A stretch of DNA of 64,000 nt from Eledone cirrhosa (taxonomy: Eukaryota), in NCBI GenBank assembly GCA_964016885.1, contig OZ024740.1, positions 11,098,001-11,162,000 on the forward strand, read 5' to 3'. Numbering within the stretch: the first letter of the stretch is position 1; each line of letters begins with the position of its first letter. The position numbers and the translations under genes are program-made. The notes beneath the pieces are model-generated. The model did not search any database. It saw only the letters and a list, made by a program, of their open reading frames with translations, and had not been told where the DNA came from. Below are positions 53,601 through 64,000 of the stretch, piece after piece.

Positions 53601-56600
53601 TGCCATTCTTTCTGACGTTCTAACCACTCTACCATTCTACCTGACGTTCTAACAACTCTGCCATTCTATCTGAGGTTCTAACAACTCTACCATTCTATCT
53701 GACGTTCTAACCACTCTGCCATTCTATCTGACGTTCTAACAACTCTCCCATTCTATCTAAGATTCTAACAACTCTACCATTCTATCTGATGTTCTAACCA
53801 CTCTGCCATTCAAACTGACGTTCTAACAACTCTGCCATTCTATCTGACGTTCTAACCACTCTGCCATTCTACCCGACGTTCTAACCACTCTACCATTCTA
53901 CCTGACGTTCTAACAACTCTGCCATTCTTTCTGACGTTCTAACCACTCTGCCATTCTATCTGACGTTCTTACAACTCTGCCATTTTATCTGACGTTCTAA
54001 CCACTCTGCCATTCTATCTGACGTTCTTACAACTCTGCCATTCTATCTGAGATTCTAACAACTCTGCCATTCTATCTGATGTTCTAACCACTCATCCATT
54101 CTAAAAACTCTGCCATTCTATCTGAGATTCTAAGAACTCTGCCATTCTATCTGCCGTTCTAACAACTCTGCCATTCTATCTGCCGTTCTAACAACTCTGC
54201 CATTCTATCTGACGTTCTAACCAACGTTCTAACAACTCTGCCATTCTATCTGAGATTCTAACAACTCTGCCGTTCTATCTGACGTTCTAACCACTCTACC
54301 ATTCTATCTGACGTTCTAACCGCTCTGCCATTCTATCTGACGGTCTAACCGCTCTGCCATTCTATCTGACGTTCTAACCGCTCTGCCATTCTATCTGAGG
54401 TTCTAACCACTCTGACATTCTATCTGCCGTTCTAACAACTCTACCATTCTATCTGACGTTCTAACCACTCTACCATTCTATCTGACGTTCTAACCGCTCT
54501 GCCATTCTATCTGAGGTTCTAACCACTCTGACATTCTATCTGCCGTTCTAACAACTCTACCATTCTATCTGACGTTCTAACCGCTCTGCCATTCTATCTG
54601 ACGTTCTAACAACTCTGTCATTCTATCTGATGTTCTAACCACTCTGCCATTCTATCTGACGTTCTCACAACTCTGCCATTCTATCTGACGTTCTAACCAC
54701 TATACAATTCTACCTGACGTTCTAACAACTCTGCCATTTTATCGGACCTTCTAACAACTCTGCCATTCTATCTGCCGTTCTAACAACTCTGCCATTCTAT
54801 CTGAGATTCTAACAACTCTGCCATTCTATCTGACGTTCTAACAACTCTACCATTCTACCCGACGTTCTAACCACTCTACCATTCTACCTGACGTTTTAAC
54901 AACTCTACCATTCTATCTGACGTTATAACAACTCTACCATTCTATCTGACGTTCTAACAACTCTACCATTCTATCTGGCGTTCTAACAACTCTGCCATTC
55001 TATCTGACGTTCTAACAACTCTGCCATTCTATCTGGCGTTCTAACAACTCTGCCATTCTATCTGACGTTCTAACCACTCTGCCATTCTACCCGACGTTCT
55101 AACCACTCTACCATTCTACCTGACGTTCTAACAACTCTACCATTCTATCTGACATTCTAACAACTCTGCCATTCTATCTGGCGTTCTAATAACTCTGCAA
55201 ATTCTATCTGACGTTCTAACCACTCTGCCATTCTACCCAACGTTCTAACCACTCTACCATTCTACCTGACGTTCTAACAACTCTACCATTCTATCTGACG
55301 TTCTAACAACTCTGCCATTCTATCTGACGTTCTAACAACTCTGCCATTCTATCTAAGATTCTAACAACTCTACCATTCTATCTGACGTTCTAACCACTCT
55401 GCCATTCTACCCGACGTTCTAACCACTCTACCATTCTACCTGACGTTCTAACAACTCTGCCATTCTTTCTGACGTTCTAACAACTCTGCCATTCTTTCTG
55501 ACGTTCTTACAACTCTGCCATTCTATCTGACGTTCTAACCACTCTGCCATTCTATCTGACGTTCTAACAACTCTCCCATTCTATCTAAGATTCTAACAAC
55601 TCTACCATTCTATCTGATGTTCTAACCACTCTGCCATTCAAACTGACGTTCTAACAACTCTGCCATTCTATCTGACGTTCTAACCACTCTGCCATTCTAC
55701 CCGACGTTCTAACCACTCTACCATTCTACCTGACGTTCTAACAACTCTGCCATTCTTTCTGACGTTCTAACCACTCTGCCATTCTATCTGACGTTCTTAC
55801 AACTCTGCCATTTTATCTGACGTTCTAACAACTCTGCCATTCTATCTGACGTTCTAACAACTCTACCATTCTATCTGACGTTCTAACAACTCTGCCATTC
55901 TATCTGAGATTCTAACAACTCTGCCATTCTATCTGATGTTCTAACCACTCATCCATTCTAAAAACTCTGCCATTCTATCTGAGATTCTAAGAACTCTGCC
56001 ATTCTATCTGCCGTTCTAACAACTCTGCCATTCTATCTGCCGTTCTAACAACTCTGCCATTCTATCTGACGTTCATATCCAACGTTCTAACAACTCTGCC
56101 ATTCTATCTGAGATTCTAACAACTCTGCCGTTCTATCTGACGTTCTAACCACTCTACTATTCTATCTGACGTTCTAACCGCTCTGCCATTCTATCTGACG
56201 GTCTAACCGCTCTGCCATTCTATCTGAGGTTCTAACCACTCTGACATTCTATCTGCCGTTCTAACAACTCTACCATTCTATCTGACGTTCTAACCGCTCT
56301 GCCATTCTATCTGACGTTCTAACAACTCTGTCATTCTATCTGATGTTCTAACCACTCTGCCATTCTATCTGACGTTCTCACAACTCTGCCATTCTATCTG
56401 AGGTTCTAACCACTCTGACATTCTATCTGCCGTTCTAACAACTCTACCATTCTATCTGACGTTCTAACCGCTCTGCCATTCTATCTGACGTTCTAACAAC
56501 TCTGTCATTCTATCTGATGTTCTAACCACTCTGCCATTCTATCTGACGTTCTCACAACTCTGCCATTCTATCTGACGTTCTAACCACTATACAATTCTAC

Positions 56601-59600
56601 CTGACGTTCTAACAACTCTGCCATTTTATCGGACCTTCTAACGACTCTGCCATTCTAACAACTCTGCCATTCTATCTGAGATTCTAACAACTCTGCCATT
56701 CTATCTGACGTTCTAACAACTCTACCATTCTACCCGACGTTCTAACCACTCTACCATTCTACCTGACGTTTTAACAACTCTACCATTCTATCTGACGTTC
56801 TAACAACTCTACCATTCTATCTGACGTTCTAACAACTCTGCCATTCTATCTGGCGTTCTAACAACTCTGCCATTCTATCTGACGTTCTAACAACTCTGCC
56901 ATTCTACCCGACGTTCTAAACACTCTACCATTCTACCTGACGTTCTAACCACTCTACCATTCTATCTGGCGTTCTAACAACTCTGCCATTCTATCTGACG
57001 TTCTAACAACTCTGCCATTCTATCTGGCGTTCTAACAACTCTGCCATTCTATCTGACGTTCTAACCACTCTGCCATTCTACCCGACGTTCTAACCACTCT
57101 ACCATTCTACCTGACGTTCTAACAACTCTACCATTCTATCTGACGTTCTAACCACTCTGCCATTCTATCTGACGTTCTAACAACTCTGCCATTCTATCTA
57201 AGATTCTGACAACTCTACCATTCTATCTGACGTTCTAACCACTCTGCCATTCTACCCGACGTTCTAACAACTCTACCATTCTACCTGACGTTCTAACAAC
57301 TCTACCATTCTATCTGACATTCTAACAACTCTGCCATTCTATCTGACATTCTAACCACTCTGCCATTCTACCCAACGTTCTAACCACTCTACCATTCTAC
57401 CTGACGTTCTAACAACTCTACCATTCTATCTGACGTTCTAACAACTCTGCCATTCTATCTGACGTTCTAACAACTCTGCCATTCTATCTAAGATTCTAAC
57501 AACTCTACCATTCTATCTGACGTTCTAACCACTCTGCCATTCTACCCGACGTTCTAACCACTCTACCATTCTACCTGACGTTCTAACAACTCTGCCATTC
57601 TTTCTGACGTTCTAACAACTCTGCCATTCTTTCTGACGTTCTTACAACTCTGCCATTCTATCTGACGTTCTAACAACTCTGCCATTCTATCTGACGTTCT
57701 AACAACTCTGCCATTCTATCTGAGATTCTAACAACTCTGCCATTCTATCTGATGTTCTAACCACTCATCCATTCTGACAACTCTGCCATTCTATCTGAGA
57801 TTCTCACAACTCTGCCATTCTATGTGAGATTCTAACCACTCTGCCAGTCTATCTGCCGTTCTAACAACTCTGCCATTCTATCTGCCGTTCTAACAACTCT
57901 GCCATTCTATCTGCCGTTCTAACAACTCATCCATTCTAACAACTCTGCCATTCTATCTGACGTTCTAACAACTCTGCCATTCTATCTGAGATTCTAACAA
58001 GTCTGCCATTCTATCTGACGTTCTAACCACTCTGCCATTCAACCCGACGTTCTAACCACTCTACCATTCTACCTGACGTACTAACAACTCTGCCATTCTT
58101 TCTGACGTTCTAACAACTCTGCCATTCTATCTGACGTTCTAACAACTCTACCATTCTATCTTACGTTCTAACAACTCTGCCATTCTATCTGACGTTCTAA
58201 CCTCCCTGCCATTCTATCTGACGTTCTAACAACTCTGCCATTCTATCTGAGATTCTAACAGCTCTGCCATTCTATCTGATGTTCTAACCACTCTGCCATT
58301 CTATCTGCCGTTCTAACAACTCTGCCATTCTATCTGCCGTTCTAACCGCTCTGCCATTCTATCTGACGTTCTAACAACTCTGCCATTCTATCTGAGATTC
58401 TAACAACTCTGCCATTCTATCTGACGTTCTAACAACTCTACCATTCTATCTGACGTTCTAACCGCTCTGCCATTCTATCTGACGTTCTAACAACTCTGTC
58501 ATTCTATCTGATGTTCTAACCACTCTGCCATTCTATCTGACGTTCTAACCACTCTGCCATTCTATCTGACGTTCTAACAACTCTGCCATTCTATCTCACG
58601 TTCTCACAACTCTGCCATTCTATCTGACGTTCTAACCACTCTGCCATTCTATCTGACGTTCTAACCACTGTGCCATTCTATCTGAGGTTCTAACAACTCT
58701 ACCATTCTATCTGACGCTCTAACCACTCTGCCATTCTATCTGACGTTCTAACAACTCTCCCATTCTATCTAAGATTCTAACAACTCTACCATTCTATCTG
58801 ATGTTCTAACCACTCTGCCATTCAAACTGACGTTCTAACAACTCTGCCATTCTATCTGACGTTCTAACCACTCTGCCATTCTACCCGACGTTCTAACCAC
58901 TCTACCATTCTACCTGACGTTCTAACAACTCTGCCATTCTTTCTGACGTTCTAACCACTCTGCCATTCTATCTGACGTTCTTACAACTCTGCCATTTTAT
59001 CTGACGTTCTAACCACTCTGCCATTCTATCTGACGTTCTTACAACTCTGCCATTCTATCTGAGATTCTAACAACTCTGCCATTCTATCTGATGTTCTAAC
59101 CACTCATCCATTCTAAAAACTCTGCCATTCTATCTGAGATTCTAAGAACTCTGCCATTCTATCTGCCGTTCTAACAACTCTGCCATTCTATCTGCCGTTC
59201 TAACAACTCTGCCATTCTATCTGACGTTCTAACCAACGTTCTAACAACTCTGCCATTCTATCTGAGATTCTAACAACTCTGCCGTTCTATCTGACGTTCT
59301 AACCACTCTACCATTCTATCTGACGTTCTAACCGCTCTGCCATTCTATCTGACGGTCTAACCGCTCTGCCATTCTATCTGACGTTCTAACCGCTCTGCCA
59401 TTCTATCTGAGGTTCTAACCACTCTGACATTCTATCTGCCGTTCTAACAACTCTACCATTCTATCTGACGTTCTAACCACTCTACCATTCTATCTGACGT
59501 TCTAACCGCTCTGCCATTCTATCTGAGGTTCTAACCACTCTGACATTCTATCTGCCGTTCTAACAACTCTACCATTCTATCTGACGTTCTAACCGCTCTG

Positions 59601-62600
59601 CCATTCTATCTGACGTTCTAACAACTCTGTCATTCTATCTGATGTTCTAACCACTCTGCCATTCTATCTGACGTTCTCACAACTCTGCCATTCTATCTGA
59701 CGTTCTAACCACTATACAATTCTACCTGACGTTCTAACAACTCTGCCATTTTATCGGACCTTCTAACAACTCTGCCATTCTATCTGCCGTTCTAACAACT
59801 CTGCCATTCTATCTGAGATTCTAACAACTCTGCCATTCTATCTGACGTTCTAACAACTCTACCATTCTACCCGACGTTCTAACAACTCTACCATTCTACC
59901 CGACGTTCTAACCACTCTACCATTCTACCTGACGTTTTAACAACTCTACCATTCTATCTGACGTTCTAACAACTCTACCATTCTATCTGACGTTCTAACA
60001 ACTCTACCATTCTATCTGGCGTTCTAACAACTCTGCCATTCTATCTGACGTTCTAACAACTCTGCCATTCTATCTGGCGTTCTAACAACTCTGCCATTCT
60101 ATCTAAGATTCTAACAACTCTACCATTCTATCTGACGTTCTAACCACTCTGCCATTCTACCCGACGTTCTAACCACTCTACCATTCTACCTGACGTTCTA
60201 ACAACTCTGCCATTCTTTCTGACGTTCTAACAACTCTGCCATTCTTTCTGACGTTCTTACAACTCTGCCATTCTATCTGACGTTCTAACCACTCTGCCAT
60301 TCTATCTGACGTTCTAACAACTCTCCCATTCTATCTAAGATTCTAACAACTCTACCATTCTATCTGATGTTCTAACCACTCTGCCATTCAAACTGACGTT
60401 CTAACAACTCTGCCATTCTATCTGACGTTCTAACCACTCTGCCATTCTACCCGACGTTCTAACCACTCTACCATTCTACCTGACGTTCTAACAACTCTGC
60501 CATTCTTTCTGACGTTCTAACCACTCTGCCATTCTATCTGACGTTCTTACAACTCTGCCATTTTATCTGACGTTCTAACAACTCTGCCATTCTATCTGAC
60601 GTTCTAACAACTCTACCATTCTATCTGACGTTCTAACAACTCTGCCATTCTATCTGAGATTCTAACAACTCTGCCATTCTATCTGATGTTCTAACCACTC
60701 ATCCATTCTAAAAACTCTGCCATTCTATCTGAGATTCTAAGAACTCTGCCATTCTATCTGCCGTTCTAACAACTCTGCCATTCTATCTGCCGTTCTAACA
60801 ACTCTGCCATTCTATCTGACGTTCATATCCAACGTTCTAACAACTCTGCCATTCTATCTGAGATTCTAACAACTCTGCCGTTCTATCTGACGTTCTAACC
60901 ACTCTACCATTCTATCTGACGTTCTAACCGCTCTGCCATTCTATCTGACGGTCTAACCGCTCTGCCATTCTATCTGAGGTTCTAACCACTCTGACATTCT
61001 ATCTGCCGTTCTAACAACTCTACCATTCTATCTGACGTTCTAACCGCTCTGCCATTCTATCTGACGTTCTAACAACTCTGTCATTCTATCTGATGTTCTA
61101 ACCACTCTGCCATTCTATCTGACGTTCTCACAACTCTGCCATTCTATCTGAGGTTCTAACCACTCTGACATTCTATCTGCCGTTCTAACAACTCTACCAT
61201 TCTATCTGACGTTCTAACCGCTCTGCCATTCTATCTGACGTTCTAACAACTCTGTCATTCTATCTGATGTTCTAACCACTCTGCCATTCTATCTGACGTT
61301 CTCACAACTCTGCCATTCTATCTGACGTTCTAACCACTATACAATTCTACCTGACGTTCTAACAACTCTGCCATTTTATCGGACCTTCTAACAACTCTGC
61401 CATTCTAACAACTCTGCCATTCTATCTGAGATTCTAACAACTCTGCCATTCTATCTGACGTTCTAACAACTCTACCATTCTACCCGACGTTCTAACCACT
61501 CTACCATTCTACCTGACGTTTTAACAACTCTACCATTCTATCTGACGTTCTAACAACTCTACCATTCTATCTGACGTTCTAACAACTCTGCCATTCTATC
61601 TGGCGTTCTAACAACTCTGCCATTCTATCTGACGTTCTAACAACTCTGCCATTCTACCCGACGTTCTAAACACTCTACCATTCTACCTGACGTTCTAACC
61701 ACTCTACCATTCTATCTGGCGTTCTAACAACTCTGCCATTCTATCTGACGTTCTAACAACTCTGCCATTCTATCTGGCGTTCTAACAACTCTGCCATTCT
61801 ATCTGACGTTCTAACCACTCTGCCATTCTACCCGACGTTCTAACCACTCTACCATTCTACCTGACGTTCTAACAACTCTACCATTCTATCTGACGTTCTA
61901 ACCACTCTGCCATTCTACCCGACGTTCTAACAACTCTACCATTCTACCTGACGTTCTAACAACTCTACCATTCTATCTGACATTCTAACAACTCTGCCAT
62001 TCTATCTGACATTCTAACCACTCTGCCATTCTACCCAACGTTCTAACCACTCTACCATTCTACCTGACGTTCTAACAACTCTACCATTCTATCTGACGTT
62101 CTAACAACTCTGCCATTCTATCTGACGTTCTAACAACTCTGCCATTCTATCTAAGATTCTAACAACTCTACCATTCTATCTGACGTTCTAACCACTCTGC
62201 CATTCTACCCGACGTTCTAACCACTCTACCATTCTACCTGACGTTCTAACAACTCTGCCATTCTTTCTGACGTTCTAACAACTCTGCCATTCTTTCTGAC
62301 GTTCTTACAACTCTGCCATTCTATCTGACGTTCTAACAACTCTGCCATTCTATCTGACGTTCTAACAACTCTGCCATTCTATCTGAGATTCTAACAACTC
62401 TGCCATTCTATCTGATGTTCTAACCACTCATCCATTCTGACAACTCTGCCATTCTATCTGAGATTCTCACAACTCTGCCATTCTATGTGAGATTCTAACC
62501 ACTCTGCCAGTCTATCTGCCGTTCTAACAACTCTGCCATTCTATCTGCCGTTCTAACAACTCTGCCATTCTATCTGCCGTTCTAACAACTCATCCATTCT

Positions 62601-64000
62601 AACAACTCTGCCATTCTATCTGACGTTCTAACAACTCTGCCATTCTATCTGAGATTCTAACAAGTCTGCCATTCTATCTGACGTTCTAACCACTCTGCCA
62701 TTCTACCCGACGTTCTAACCACTCTACCATTCTACCTGACGTTCTAACAACTCTACCATTCTATCTGACGTTCTAACCTCCCTGCCATTCTATCTGACGT
62801 TCTAACAACTCTGCCATTCTATCTGAGATTCTAACAGCTCTGCCATTCTATCTGATGTTCTAACCACTCTGCCATTCTATCTGCCGTTCTAACAACTCTG
62901 CCATTCTATCTGCCGTTCTAACCGCTCTGCCATTCTATCTGACGTTCTAACAACTCTGCCATTCTATCTGAGATTCTAACAACTCTGCCATTCTATCTGA
63001 CGTTCTAACAACTCTACCATTCTATCTGACGTTCTAACCGCTCTGCCATTCTATCTGACGTTCTAACAACTCTGTCATTCTATCTGATGTTCTAACCACT
63101 CTGCCATTCTATCTGACGTTCTAACCACTCTGCCATTCTATCTGACGTTCTAACAACTCTGCCATTCTATCTCACGTTCTCACAACTCTGCCATTCTATC
63201 TGACGTTCTAACCACTCTGCCATTCTATCTGACGTTCTAACCACTGTGCCATTCAATCTGCCGTTCTAACAACACTGCCCTTCTATCTGACGTTCTAACC
63301 ACTATACCATTCTACCTGACGTTCTAACCACTCTACCATTCTATCTGACGTTCTATCAACTCTGCCATTTTATCGGACCTTCTAACAACTCTGCCATTCT
63401 ATCTGACGTTCTAACCACTCTGCCATTCTATCTGCCGTTCTAACCACTCTGCCATTCTATCTGACGTTCTAACAACTCTGCCATTCTATCTGACGTTCTA
63501 ACAACTCTGCCATTCTATCTGAGATTCTAACAACTCTGCCATTCTATCTGACGTTCTAACCACTCTGCCATTCTATCTGACGTTCTAACCACTCTACCAT
63601 TCTATATGAGATTCTAACAACTCTACCATTCTATCTGACTTTCTAACCACTCTACCATTCTATCTGAGATTCTAACAACTCTACCATTATATCTGACGTT
63701 CTAACCACCCTACCATTCTATCTGGCGTTCTAACCACTCTACCATTCTACCTGACGTTCTAACAACTCTACCATTCTATCTGACGTTCTAACCACTCTAC
63801 CATTCTACCTGACGTTCTAACCACTCTACCATTCTACCTGACGTTCTAACAACTCTGCCATTCTATCTGAGATTCTAACAACTTTACCATTCTATCTGAC
63901 GTTCTAACAACTCTACCATTCTATCTGACGTTCTAACAACTCTACCATTCTATCTGACGTTCTAACAACTCTGCCATTCTATCTGGCGTTCTAACAACTC
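47577..64000. repeat. 29-bp tandem satellite array (about 566 monomers, runs off the right edge), derived from the SINE A-box region
   Basis: Consensus ATTCTATCTGACGTTCTAAC(A/C)ACTCT(G/A)CC. The minus strand reads TGGCAGAGTGGTTAGAACGTCAGATAGAA. Contains higher-order duplications. Confidence 0.99.

Noticed and set aside
1-64000. CRISPR array interpretation of the 29-, 32- or 66-bp periodicities
   Set aside because: Units are contiguous with no unique spacers, there are no cas genes, and the context is eukaryotic.

Overview
Eukaryotic, repeat-dominated DNA with no intact host gene. The SINE and MITE sequences resemble repeats I recall from Octopus (coleoid cephalopod) genomes; this organism call is an unchecked inference. 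Layout: (1) 1-37905, about 574 copies of a 66-bp satellite with multi-kb higher-order repeats. Its monomer translates to VVNGRLYDAYLRGAMLHGCETW, the post-RT motif of RTE-clade LINE ORF2. (2) 37906-44718, a 72-bp minisatellite split by a full-length, mildly decayed L1/Tx1-type LINE (ORF1 with a CCHC knuckle; ORF2 with APE, RT and zinc finger). (3) 44719-47576, a short patch of MITE and SINE remnants and simple repeats. (4) 47577-64000, about 566 copies of a 29-bp satellite continuous with a minus-strand tRNA-derived SINE, whose monomer is that SINE's Pol III A-box segment. The main theme is satellites arising from small pieces of retroelements. The long repetitive ORFs in the track are artefacts of monomer lengths divisible by 3.
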